Below are positions 12,580 to 25,263 of a DNA stretch of 64,000 nucleotides, piece by piece. The notes under the pieces were generated by a model. It ran no database searches. It worked only from the letters and a program-made list of their open reading frames with translations, and was not told the DNA's origin. The first letter of the stretch is position 1. Each line of letters starts with the position of its first letter. The position numbers and the translations under genes are program-made. The stretch covers positions 7,169,635 through 7,233,634 of the forward strand of contig OZ199840.1 of assembly GCA_964304625.1 (NCBI GenBank), in the 5' to 3' direction. This DNA comes from Kudoa neothunni. Taxonomy: Eukaryota > Animalia > Cnidaria.

Positions 12580-14501
12580 CAGTAAGTAACCGATTTTCCG
12601 TAATCCCCTTGGGACCGATGAAAAATTACGGAAAACACGTCAGTGACGTATTTTCCGTAATTTTATGCGTGCGCATAGAATCAAGACTATAAGTATTTTA
12701 TGAAAATTTATATCATCCCGTACATACTCACGTATTTTTATTGATGAAATATGTTATTTTGTTTGGAGTTTTATTTTTATATATATTTTTCGCAATTTTG
12801 TTATTTAAATTAATTAGTTCCACTAGACAATCAATTCCTCTCTCTTTTGTGTATTTTTTTAACGTGTTTAAACATTTAAATATATCTTTTGATGATATAT
12901 ATTCCACCACATCCTCCTCTTCAGTTTCAGTATCACTACCATTTGAATTAGAAGATTCAACAATCGAAGGAGATGGTTCGTCAAAGTTTTTTGATGTAGG
13001 CATGATGGTTTCCTCTTGGATCATTTCAGAAATTTCAGCTGAGAACTCACTACTGCTCATATTGGTACTTGATGATTGCTCTCACTCATCAGCCACAGGA
13101 AACCCAGATTTTTTTGAAGCAATTAAATATGGTATCATTTGAAACATTATTCCACAATTTTTCAATTAAGAACATAGATTGAAGTAAATCTGGCGGGGAT
13201 GGATTTATACCTCTGCGAGCTGCAACAATATGGCTTTCTATCAAATTATTTTTGTAGTTTGATTTAAATGAAAAAATTATGCCCTGGTCTAAAGTTTGCA
13301 AAACGCTAGTTGAATTCTTTGGAAGGAATATAAGTTAGATATTCGACAGTTGAATTTCCGGGTGGCAAGTTGCATTATCGAGAAAAAACAAAACTTTTTT
13401 GTTCTTCGTTTTAAACGAATTATTCAATTTAACAAGATATTTCTTAAATATCTCTCCCGTCATCCAAGCCCTTTTATTTGACTCATGTTTTACTGGAAAT
13501 GTTTTAACATTCTTGAAACAACGGGGGTTTTTGTCGTGTCCTATAACAAGAGGTTCAATGCGATCTCCAGACATAGAAGCACAAAGCAAAACGGTGATTC
13601 TTTTTGTAGACTTTTTTTCTCGGTTGGAATTTGTCTCTAGTGACGAAACATAGCTTTTTCCTTAAAAATATTAATACATAGGCATTTAAAGTGATATACC
13701 TCTCTGTTGCTGGTAGAACAGCGCAGTTTCGTCTAGATTGTAGATTGAGTCAGCGTCATAACCTTTGACTAAGTTATTCAATTTAGAGTGTCAATTTTCT
13801 ATAACACTTGATTCAGCATAAGCAGCATCACCACGGAAAGTAATATTTCTTAAATTAAATCGTGATTTAAAACCACGAAACCAACCATGGGTCACCGCAA
13901 CGTTTATGTTAAATTCTTGTGCCAATTGGTTCCTTTTATGTATGATATCGTGAGCAGATAATTCAATTTTTTTTGATCTCAAGGAATTCACCCAGTCATA
14001 CACTAAATTATCGATATCGTTGTTTGAACCTTGCTTAAGATTTTTTCTCTTAGACTTTGAAGAGGCTAAACCCATTTCATACGATAAAACTATATCTTCC
14101 TTCTTGCTCAAGATGCTATCAAGAGTAGAAATGGAGGGAAGCTTAAATTTACTAACAGTAGTAGTTTTGGCACCTCTGTTAGGTAAACTTTCGAAGAACT
14201 TAATAATTTCATATTTTTCTTTGATAGTTTTTCTATTTTTAAGTTTACCAGGCATTATAGAAGAAAAAAACACGCGATGGGAAATTCGCTTATAGTGGAA
14301 AAGTTACGGAAAATCGGTTAAGTGCAAAAAATAGGCAAAAAAACGGTTTTCCAATGTTCAATTTTTTTTATTTTTACAGATTATTCTTAAAAAATACAAA
14401 TAAAATCCAATGTATGATTGAAAATATTTAAATAATATTTTAAATGAAGAAATTCCGAAGTTACCGAAAATCGGTTACTACGGAATACCGGTTACCTACT
14501 G
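12580..14501 (-). mobile_element. pogo/Tigger-family DNA transposon (Tc1/mariner superfamily), 1.92 kb
   Basis: About 23-bp imperfect TIRs: CAGTAAGTAACCGATTTTCCGTA on the left and, reverse-complemented, CAGTAGGTAACCGGTATTCCGTA on the right. TA flanks at 12578-79 and 14502-03. Subterminal TTACGGAAAA repeats. Confidence 0.93.
12728..14255 (-). pseudogene. Tigger/pogo transposase (HTH + CENP-B HTH + DDE_1), disrupted
   Basis: Consecutive ORF pieces: MPGKLKNRKTIKEKYEII...GWFRGFKSRF (HTH), PLVIG..KNPRCFK..NKRAWMT..LDNATCH and QTLDQGIIFSFKSNY (DDE_1), then an acidic tail. Several frameshifts or stops. Confidence 0.9.
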
Positions 14502-15469
14502 TATCTCCAAAATATATCATATTTGTGTAATTTACCTATTTAGATTTTAGACAAAACGATTAGAATTAATGTCATTATAATGAAATGGTATAGATAGATT
14601 GGGCATGTAATTCAGTTTGATGTTGTAAAATATTAAATTGTTTTTTTTATGTCAACTTATCATTTGTAGTTATAAATAAAATAGTTTATTGATTATATCT
14701 TTATTATAATGGTTTTTTGCCAATAAATCAAAACACCATCTAAATTAAACCGCTAATTACAATCATAATATAACAATTTTGAAAGTTATAAATTTATTTA
14801 AATACGAAAATTACATGAACTAATGTTATTTTGTTTCTTTTATACGATATCGATTTTATGTAAGTTTATATTTGCAAATTATTTTTTTTTCTCTTGTTTT
14901 AACTTAAAACCAACCTGTTCTATTTTTTCATTTATCTTTATAGTCGTATAATTTCAAATATAATTATGCTACGATTAAATTGCGTAGGGCCACAGCGGTC
15001 CTCTTCAGGCATTCATTCGCGTAACTTTTTTTGCCAGGTATTCGAGGCTTGGCTTAAAGTCCTAACTCAATTTTTATTTCTTTCCCCCATTTCACCAACA
15101 ATCGAAAACAAAAATCTCACGCACCTGAAAAAGTTATGAACCATGACGTCACTACAAAATAATCCAGAAAAAACCTAATTAATTTAAAAATATTTTATTT
15201 ATATTAATAATGGTCAAATAAATGTTTTTAAATGGTTTAAGAAATAAATAACTTATTATAATCTTATGTGTACGTTAACTTTGTAAATTTCCTCAAATTA
15301 CGAACTACATTTCACCCACTGTAGTAGAAAACCACTAGGATCGCTGACCGACCTCCATGAGAACACACGTAAGTTTTTTGAGCACGGTCCTTCGAGGGTT
15401 AATAAATATATTTTCAAAGGAAAATAAATCGAGTAACTTTTTACATGTGAATTTTTTTTTATTACAAGC

Positions 15470-17105
15470 TCAAAACCCTGACACAATTTGTTAGGTTGTG
15501 AAATTCGGGCAGGTTAGGCCTTCTTCATTTACGATGTAGGCACCGCAGCGTCATGTTAACCCTCTAATGGTTTTGGGGTAAATTTTACCCCAAAACGATT
15601 TTGTTAATGGTATATCTTTTTATAAAGTAAACCAATACCTAATAGATTCCAGTTATTCTTCTAACAAAATTTCGTCTTTGGTTTAATGAAAAAATCTTTT
15701 CCGAGAAGTTATTGTATAGTTTTTTATTTTATTTTGTAATGGTCTTTGGGGTCAAATTTACCCCATGCTTTTTTTTGATCAAAAATATTCCAAAAATGTA
15801 AACCACTTCGAACTTAATTACAATAAAATTCCTAAGAGTAGTTTTTGTAGAAAGCAAGGACATGTTAGATAAATCAATTAAATCGCATGCGTGAATTATA
15901 TGAAGATGTGTGATTCTAATGATTTCATTGATGAATTTTGTTTATGCGAGAATGAACATCATGTTGTTGACGAAAATGTCTTCTTATTAATGTTTCTTAT
16001 TGAAAAATTGGTGGAAAAGATTGACCACGGAGACATTACGTTAAAAACTAGATACCACCATGCCTCCAATCATCACCAAATAGAACCCGTTGTGGCAGCG
16101 TTTTTGTATTCCGTGAAGAGTATATGTTGGTATCTTATATTCCCAATAAATCAGAATGGGTGATTTTCTTAAAGAAATCGCTGAACAATTATACAAAACA
16201 TTGTTGACAACAAACTCCACAAACAAAACAATCAAAATAGGTTCTAGCATTGTTTATGCATCCCAACAGGAACCTCTTATTAATGTATTAATGTAAAGCA
16301 AGCAACATATGGATACAATGAGAGGAAAAATGATAAAAAATTGTCTAAATGGTGCGAAAATTTTTACAAGTTTTATTGCCCAATTCACGCATTTAACAAC
16401 TGCATTAACTTCTCATAACTTTCAAGAATTCTTCTAATGTTTTGTTTTAATATTTAAACTGGCACAACACGTTTAATTCCGCTGAATTAATGCAATTACT
16501 TTATTAATGAAACATCGATGTGTACCGACATAAGACAGACCATAAACGAAGCCGATTATCGCGGGGATTACGTCCAAATTTAATATGCATTTGCCAGTGT
16601 TTCAACCATAGAAATTAAAAATTATTCTACAATATTGATTATTAGATTCTTTAGTGTTATAATTAAAAAAATGTGCGGTAAAATTTATCTCAAAGTCCAT
16701 TACACCTTCATCGTTTTTGGAATCATTAAAGGGTTAGGGCGACTTAAGTTTATGAGGTAGTGTGGGAGTTTAACCCACTAAAAATCCTCGTTTAGAGCAA
16801 CCACCATCTCAAACCATACCCTGGACTAACCAGGAATTAGTCTGGGAAGTCGTCTGAATGCGGGCGTCGGCTCTACGAAAACTCCTTACTGGGTTTTATT
16901 TCGTTCCTTTATCCTGGGATTTACGAGCGACCGAGATCTACCCTTCCAGCTGCAGGCAAGACCACGATAAATCGGAGATCCCTGCGATTACTACAGCCTT
17001 CCTACTCAATTTCGGATTAGGAGTATAGGAACGCCCGGACTAGGCATCTAACTTGTAACCTCAAGGTATGCGAGTCACACCTAACACCACTATGACATAA
17101 AGTCC
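15470..17105 (-). mobile_element. tRNA-derived SINE-like element, copy 1 (split by a piggyBac insertion)
   Basis: 15470-15559 plus 16734-17105 align co-linearly with 46790-47277. A degenerate tRNA-like head with A/B boxes lies on the minus strand at about 17035-17105. Confidence 0.75.
15560..16733 (+). mobile_element. Internally deleted piggyBac element
   Basis: TTAA|CCCTCTAATGGTT ... AATCATTAAAGGG|TTAG. Palindromic TGGGGTAAATTTTACCCCA subterminal motifs. Decayed Cys-rich transposase C-terminus near 16240-16420. The empty site (GTCATATTAAGGCGAC) is visible in SINE copy 2. Confidence 0.85.
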
Positions 17106-17446
17106 AGGCTTCATCTTCAAAATTTAAGTTGTGTAGGTTTTCATATGAGAATAGATAAGGAATCTTTGTACGATTAAAGTTGAACAGGAATTTTCGACCC
17201 TCGTCCATGAGAGGAAGGAAGAAATGAACTTTAACCAAATATATATACTCGGTTGTGATGCAGAATTTGTTTACTAATTTAGAGTTATTTATATTGGTTA
17301 TTATTAAATATCAGGAATGATACAATCAATAATTCATAACATTAAACAAATATATTACTAAATCTAGTTGCCAAACTTTGCTTTAATATTGTGTTTAAGA
17401 AGTAACTGCAGTTGAGATGAGGTTGAAACATTTTAGATACGATGTT

Positions 17447-17456
17447 CGCATGCGCA
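17447..17456. promoter_or_regulatory. NRF1-like palindromic motif CGCATGCGCA just upstream of the PSMC3 ATG
   Basis: A GC-rich palindrome in an AT-rich context, about 15 nt before the start codon. Motif resemblance only. Confidence 0.25.
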
Positions 17457-17470
17457 CGTCATTTTAAGAA

Positions 17471-19473
17471 ATGGATGCTGAGGTATTCTCATTGTCCAAC
17501 ACATTTTGGTTTTTAATTAATATTATGTAGTTATCTGAATTAAATGGATTGACTGTTGAACAAATTTACACTAGGTCCCGCATGCTGGACAATGAAATTA
17601 AAGTAATATTATAATTTATATTCTGTTTGTGCCATGTTCTCTTCTCATAGATATTACAGAGCGAAGTTAGTCGCACTAAATTTGAATTACAAGATATACA
17701 AAATAAAGCCAAGGTAACTTAGTTTTCTATCTTCACCAACAGCTATATGATTATGTAGGATCACGAAGATCGAATAAAGGTCAATAAAAACTTACCTTAT
17801 TTGGTGTCGTCTGTTGTGGAGGTTATATTTGAAAGACTATTTTATTCTGTAATCTCAGCTGTCATTTAGATCATTAAAAGCCCATTAGAAGTAGTTGATT
17901 CGTATAGCTTAAAGTGATAAATATACTAGGAGGATGACCACAACGATCCAGATATTGTGGCAGATGGTTATCGAATCAGTTGCGTAATAAAAACCTCAAC
18001 AAGACATGTACTTTTATTTTTTCTAGTGCGACTCATAATCAAATATATTTTAGTCCTACTTTTTACCACGAGTTGGGCTGATCGATGGGCATTTGCTAAG
18101 ACCAAATACACTTGTGGTATACTTCATTTGATATGGGGTTTGTTTTTCATCTTTAAATTGATAGGGAGTTCACAAAGATCATAATTAATTATGGAAATTT
18201 TACCTGAAGAGTACGTATTTTTCGAGTGATTTGTTTCATGGTATTTTTCAGATTCGATCAACGTGTAAAATGTATGGAAATTGATGAGAAACCAACCGAG
18301 GATTATGGGGATATTGGAGGACTTGATAAACAAATTACAGAAGTATCCAAATATTTTTTTCTGTCTAACAAACAATATTAGTTGTTAGAAGCAGTTGTAC
18401 TTCCTATGACTCACAAAGAAAGATTTATAAATATTGGGATAAGAGCTCCGAAAGGTGTGCCTTTTGTATGGTCCGCCCGGTACAGGAAAAACTTTGCTCG
18501 CTAGAGCTTGTGCAGCACAAACCAATGTAATAGAGGTCTTAAAGCTTGGTTACAATTCGATTTAGGCAACCTTCTTAAAACTCGGTGCTCCTCAACTTGT
18601 TCAAGTAATCAGTTTCAAAATCTGCGCTCACTAATATCCTTGATTAGATGTTTATTGGTGATGGTGCGAAAATGGTTAGAGATGCCTTTGCATTGGCCAA
18701 GTCGAAAGCACCCACCATCAATATCATAGACGAATTGGATGCAATCGGAATGAAGGTTTCCCTTTTCTACACGCTCTGTTGTTGTCATTTCAATTAGCGA
18801 TTCAACAGCGAAAGAGCGGGAGACAGAGAAGTACAAAGAACTATGTTGGAACTACTTAACCAATTGGATGGATTTTCCCCCAAATGATGACATCAAGGTT
18901 TTATTGGCATTGTTGTTACGGGTTTTAAGACCATATTCAAGGTTATTGCAGCTACTAATCGGGTTGATACGTTGGATCCTGCACTGTTAAGAGCAGGTTA
19001 TTGGCTGTTTTCGATGCATTTGCTTATCTAGTTTATGGTTTACAGGTCGACTGGATAATAAAATCGAATTTCCAAATCCTAATGAGGATGCACGAGCCAA
19101 AATTCTTCAAATTCATAGCCGGAAAATGAACATTGGGTGAGTCATTTTTAATTTGGTTGAGTATTGTATTTACGTTTTGTACTTAGGAAAAATGTTGTGT
19201 TTTCTGAACTTGCTCGTTCAACTGAGCATTTCAATGGTGCTATGCTGAAGAGTGTTTGCGTTGAAGCTGTAATTATAGATTTTTAGTCGTGGGTGTGTAT
19301 TTATTGATCTTAGGGGAATGATTGCGTTACGTCGTCTTGTTGGTGTAATTGAGCATGAAGATTTTGTTGAAGGTAATCAAATGTTGGTTTAGTGTTAAAT
19401 TCTATTTAACGTTATATAGCGGTTGATTGAAGTTCAATCCAAGAAAAAGGCAAATTTACTATACTATGCTTAA
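17471..19473 (+). CDS. PSMC3: 26S proteasome regulatory AAA-ATPase subunit 6A (Rpt5), about 18 exons
   Basis: Spliced GT-AG exons give [22 protein letters not shown], Walker A GPPGTGKT (about 18469), [65 protein letters not shown] and C-terminal [10 protein letters not shown]. About 17 introns of roughly 38-50 nt. A few single-base indels are probable sequencing errors. Confidence 0.96.
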
Positions 19474-19729
19474 TCCTTAGTTGTTTTACATAATTCAGCT
19501 ATTTGGCTTTAATATTTTTCCTTGTTGAATGTTCTGTGATGTTTTTATTTGCACTTTGATATTTTTTTCATCTTAATTGACCTTTTAAGAATTATAGTTT
19601 TAAAAGTTAAATTTTATATTGTCAGTATTTTGAACGCGTAACATGTGCACCCACCTATCATATTCGACTCCAATGTGAAATCTTTTCGAACTTGTATAAA
19701 TTTATAAGAAAAATAATTCGTTCATTTAA

Positions 19730-22068
19730 CCCTTTCGTGCCTAGTGATGTTCATATGGCATCATTTTGTTAATTAGCGATTTCTCCGTTAATACAAATTT
19801 CTGCAAGACAAATTTGTCACATTATTAGATGAAAATCAATGTTATCATTAAAAGGACTTTTATAATGTTGGGTTTTATATTTTCATGTTATAAAATAGAT
19901 AATAATATTTGCTGTTGGGATTAGCCAAACTGTCCCTTTCGAACGATAATTATAAGACTGAAGAAACAATTATACTCATCTGATAAAAATTTATTGTATT
20001 AGTCTAATAAAATATTTTTAAAAACATAGATTAAAATTGTGGAAAGTTTTAACATTTAGACTCCAAATGAAAAATAAACAATGATGCCATATGGCATCAC
20101 TCGGCGGAGGTCGATCACACGTGGGAGAGTGGTGATGGATGCTGATTTTACTATTAAAAAAACCAATTCGGAAGGATGATGAAACTTTAATAATTTTGTC
20201 AATGATGACGACTTCTCTGAAAGCGAGAATGATACGGTAACTCCTGACGTTGATCCCAAGTGAATTCTAAATGAATCTTGTGATGGTGAAAACTCAGCTG
20301 CATCAGAATCTATTTTTACGGAGGTTGATGGTAATATTTTTGAACCATTTTATTATTTCAATTAATTTTTTACCGACACCCCTTTTGAACTTATTTTGAA
20401 TGAAACAAATACGCGTCAAAATTAAATTCGTCGTTTAAAACTACAATTGAAGAAATTCGGCTATTAATTGGTATTCTTATTCGAATGTCTGTCGTGAAAC
20501 TGTGACGATATAGGAATTATTGGTCAACAAAGATTAATAACAACACCATATCCGACAGAATGACGAGAGATAGATTCGAGTCCTTATTCAGGATTCAGGT
20601 ATTTACATTTCTGCAACAATAACAATATTGTTTTAAATCCTAATAACGATGGTTACAACAGGTTTTTAAGACAAGATCTGCCCTTGACATAATACGGCAG
20701 ACTTGCTTACTTATCGAGTCTGAATACCATCAATCCGTCGATGAGCAAATTATTCCCTTTAAGGAGAAATCGGGCTTAAAACGTTATTTACCATTTAAAT
20801 ATACTAAAAATGAGGATTTAAAATTTTTATGAGGAATGGTGCCGGTGGAATTACCCATGATTTTTACTTTGGGTCTGGAACTACTTTAAATGTTAAAATA
20901 TCTACGGGGAATAAGTCGTCGGACATAATGTTGAAGCTGTGTGAAACATTGAATAGTTCTAAATATCATATATACTATGATAAATACTTTTCAAGTTTTA
21001 ACTTGCATGATAAACTTTTGGAGCTTGGTTACTTTTCTACCAGCACCATGAGAAAAACCCGCACGACAAAGTGTCCTTTTAAAGCAGAAAAAGAATTTAA
21101 AAATCAACCTAGAGGAAGTTTTGAATATGGAATCTATTGTTTAAATAATTCAAAAATAAATGTACGCTGGTTAAATGGATCTATTGTTAATATATCATCC
21201 ACTTTTTATTCTACTTTTCCAGTGTCTTCTGTACAAAGATACGACAAAAAACCGAAAAAAGTTCTAAATATCAGTTATCCTCTAATCGTAAAAATGTATA
21301 ACAAGTATATGGGTGGGATCGATTTGTTCAACATGTCGATAGCATTGTATCGATTAGATCATAAGTCAAAAAAGTGGTACACCAGAATATTTTGTTGGTG
21401 CCTAAATCTCTGTTTACTGAATGGATGGCTCATTTATCGCAGGCAATGTAAACTAATGGATATAGATAGTAAAAATATTATAGATCTTCAAAACTTTACA
21501 TTGGAGGTAAGTGAACACCTAATGTTTTACTGACAAAACGTAGAATGTGTGCCAAAAAAAGGTAGATCATCATCCACCGAATAACCGTCAACTAAAGTAT
21601 TCCTAATCGCAAGCGAACGTCCGATGGAAGCGGATTGCTCAAGAGTGCTCGTTTCGATGGAATGTTTCATTATCCAGAATCTAGAGATGCAAATACAGTT
21701 CAACGTATTCTAGGATTTACTGCATAAAGTGCAACATCGTTCTATGCCTTAACATCAGCAGAAATTGTTTTAAAGAATACTAACAATATAAAACTGTATA
21801 GAAACACCATTTTTCGTTCTTATTTTCTTGATAAACAACAATATTGTGTTTTTTGGTGTCGCGCTTGCGCATTAACGTGTTTGGAAATTTGGGGCGGCCG
21901 AGTGATGTCATATGGCATCCTGTATGTAACTTTTTTATTATAGCACATTGAAACTCAAAAATATTATACATGATTTGTTTTACTTTAAACATGTTATATA
22001 TATATATATATATGTATATGTTATCAAATATTTTTTCCAGTCATCAAAAAAATCTCGGCGTAAAAGGA
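19730..22068 (+). mobile_element. Full-length, decayed piggyBac transposon (2.34 kb)
   Basis: TTAA at 19726-29 and 22069-72. Imperfect TIRs CCCTTTCGTGCCTAG and, reverse-complemented, TCCTTTTACGCCGAG. Three copies of the palindromic TGATGCCATATGGCATCA-type motif (about 19745, 20082, 21903). Confidence 0.9.
20136..21533 (+). pseudogene. piggyBac transposase (PGBD2/3-like), disrupted
   Basis: Motifs MTRDRFE, SVDEQIIPFK, IYYDKYFSS, YNKYMGGIDLFN and KKWYTRIF. Longest open piece is 20829-21533, with upstream frameshifts and stops. The 5' limit is approximate. Confidence 0.88.
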
Positions 22069-22941
22069 TTAATACGTAAATTTTGATAAAAAGCTTTTAG
22101 CATAAAAATGAGATATCATGTAGATAAAAAATATGTTAACAAATCTTTGAATTCAAAAAAAGAATTTTGCAAAAAATGAAGGAGATATTTGTTATCGTGA
22201 AAATAGCCAGTGCCTATTTTTATACCTGAATTATTATTACTTAATCGTACGAGAATATGTAATTAGAAACGTAATTATGAACTTAAATTGTGTATGAATT
22301 TTGCGTCAAAGGTCAAATTATTCGATACGAGAGTCAAACGTTTTAATAATCAGGGTAGAGTAATTCTCGTGCTGCCCCAAATAAGCCTTGTCAAATGAAC
22401 CATCAATATCATATGAAAGAAATTTCCATTAGACTTGTAATAGAGGAGGATAAATGTTTGAAGGTTTCTCCTAATCATAAAATGCCGAAATTAAGGCTTT
22501 ACGGAATAATAAAAGCGGGAAAGGAAACCAATAAAATTAATAAGGTCTAAAGAGAAAAATGAAATCATGTGACTCTTCTTTAAAAATTAAAAAGATTTAA
22601 AAACTAATTGAGAATAACTGCACAGCTACTCTTAAGTCGATCGTTATAAAAATGAACTTTGTGCATCCATTTAATTTCGGGAGGTGGTTTAAAAAATAAA
22701 TATTTTGAATAGGATGGAGATTTAAAAACAGTTATGGAATAGGCTGTGGCTATTGCAACAGGAGGAAATAACTCGAAAACTAACATGTCTATAAAAATTT
22801 CAATTTCGGTTTTATAATAAATGATTTTTTCGCCAAAAAGTTAAACTACTATAAAAGAAATACAAGATAGAAAATTTTCGCATTTTACGGCAATGAATTC
22901 AGTGACTAAAAATTATTTTTAAGTCCTTAATTAGCGATTTA

Positions 22942-24128
22942 TCCTTTATATATATAAAAGAGGACTGTCCGTATGTTTGTTTGCGTGTGTGTATGTCCCT
23001 AAGTACGCATGTGCGGATAATTTTTTTCCTTATAGAGAGCCATATATAAAATTTTTATAAATTTGTGATATTTAAAAAAATCGTTCAATTGTTTTCGGAC
23101 TACGAAAGTTTCCAAAAAGTATTTATGAAATAGTGATTTTGTCGATTTAAAGTTTGTTTTTCGGATTAAATGAGTTCAACTATAGGATTAGCACTTGCTT
23201 ATTTCATGGTTATGGTCGGTTGAAGTTAACTATCTCCTTTATATGCTCCATCATATGTTCATTAACTGCTTCTATCTATCCTTATATACAAGGTTGGCGT
23301 TTCTATTTTGGTGTCTGTTTAAACACACTCCTTATTTGCGGAGTTTTAACGTATATGACTTGATGAGTATATTTTATAAGTTCTATTAATGGTTTTCAAT
23401 GTGGTAAAAAATCTATATATGTTTCATAAATAACGAATTCGTGAAGAACGTTAAAGTTACATTGATTGAAGCGTTATAATGGAAATACTGCGTTTATAGG
23501 TTTCATTAAATTGTCCGCTAAGTTTTACTTTACGTGATTAAGTTCAATGCGGATGGTTGTACTTTTATTTCACCAAATTATTTAAATTGTTTATGTTGAA
23601 ATCGACGCAATTTGTGGCTGTTTATGACAAAAGTGCATGTATGTTTATGCCGAGCTAAACAATGCTAATTTAGCAATATCGAACAATTTTCATAAGTTTG
23701 CTTCTATCTCTTTTATTTTTTCTATTTTTTTATCTCTTAAAGAGTTAGTTTAGTGGTGCACACAGTTACCGAGCCGGGACAGAATTCGACTTTTAAAAAT
23801 CCTCCGGGCCAAAAAATAACATTTTACATAACACTTTAACGGGGTTTAAATAATTCGGAATGAAAAGAATACAACGCTAACCTTAACTTGTTTAATGTTG
23901 GTGTTGAGCCACTAAATTTTTAAATGGACGCAGGGATTGATACTTTCCTTCACAGAAATTATCATAATTTAAATTGCATAATCCAAATCGTTATAGTAAG
24001 TTGCTTAAAAATTTTTAGTTATTTTGTTTCTATGGGTTAATTCGAGATTTCAATATATTTTTTGAATGCTATTAAAAAATGCCCCTAGGCGAAATCTTCC
24101 CCAAGCAACGCTGGGCAGTTCGAGCTAG
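22942..24128 (+). mobile_element. Non-autonomous Helitron nested in the MULE
   Basis: 5' end A|TCCTTTATATATATAAAAGAGG followed by a GT-rich microsatellite. 3' imperfect hairpin CCCAAGCAACGCTGGG followed by CTAG|T. Inserted between A and T with no TSD. Confidence 0.8.
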
Positions 24129-25263
24129 TAATTTATAAACGTGACTATCTTTTCCATAATTCAGAGTAATATAAATTGTTTCAATTAAAAGACCAAAATT
24201 TACTAATGCAAATTCACCGGATTTGCGCATGAATGAAGCACCGCTATAACGCTTAAGACAATAATAGTACACAGTTAATATAACGCTTAAAATGTTATAT
24301 CTTTTTATTTCGCGATCCTAATTTTCTACATATTAAATGAACCATCTTTTCGCTACATAAAGATACAAATTAGCTTTATTATACCGCAATTTATTCGGGC
24401 ATTAATACCATGAAGAAAATTTTTGATTTCCACCTATTAATTGTTTCATTTGTATAGTTAATTGTTTTGTTTTTGTTGGGTCTCGAGTCTTCCACGAATT
24501 GGCGCCAAAACGGAATCCCCGTTGCAGCCGTTGAGGTAAGGATTGGAAACCATGTCCTTCCTTGTTCAAAGAGTATTTGGTCCCTGTTTCTCCATGAATT
24601 ACACCTCTTACACTGTTTCTTCGATTTGGTGAAGAAACGTGAGACCAATACTCCCCTCAACATCGATCACATTATGAATCCTTCTTACCGTCGGAAGCGG
24701 CGGTACAAATTGCCAAAGAATGAAGGCCGGACAACATCGAGATGGAGAGCCCCTCACCCTATTTAAACATTCTATTAATATTTACTAATCGACTCTCTCG
24801 TGCTTTGTCAATTCATTCTGTGTATTCTTTTGAGCATTTGGCGCGTATACAACAATTTTTTATCCTGCTTTCTTTTTTCGCTAGGAAGGCCAACAACCGT
24901 AAGCGCAGCACCTATTGGACGCCCAACACTCTTTCCTTTAGATGGAAAAGATAACACTAAATCATAATAAGTTAGATCTAGAATATCTATATACTTCCTA
25001 AGTTTTCGCAATTTTCCTCTTGCTCATTGGAGATGATCCCTTCTAAATTTTAACCGTTTTTATCTGTTGAGAATGGTTGTGATTCGCCTGATGAGTCTTC
25101 AATTATAATATTTGAGTGCTCTAAAGGCGGTCTTCTATTTGATATATCTAAATCTCCATTTAACGAATAATTAGTATTATCTGCAATACCGCTGGTAGAT
25201 AGATTGTTTGAGGGCACGTCAACTGGATTTCGTCAGTACCATCCAACTGATTTGGTACTAAAT

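Noticed and set aside
12741-14295. Plus-strand hydrophobic ORFs (133, 84 and 91 aa)
   Set aside because: Antisense shadows of the Tigger transposase. The same applies to ORFs opposite Merlin, hAT, plastin and NUP93.
14985-15401. MITE or piggyBac right-end remnant (…CTTCGAGGG|TTAA)
   Set aside because: No matching left end or TSD was found, so it is too weak to call. Isolated hAT/pogo-like ends near 29630-29770 and 44825-44845 were left uncalled for the same reason.
18455-19320. PSMC3 as a pseudogene or programmed frameshift gene
   Set aside because: The extra bases (about 18460, 18880, 19314) are in homopolymer runs of an otherwise highly conserved essential gene, which indicates consensus errors.
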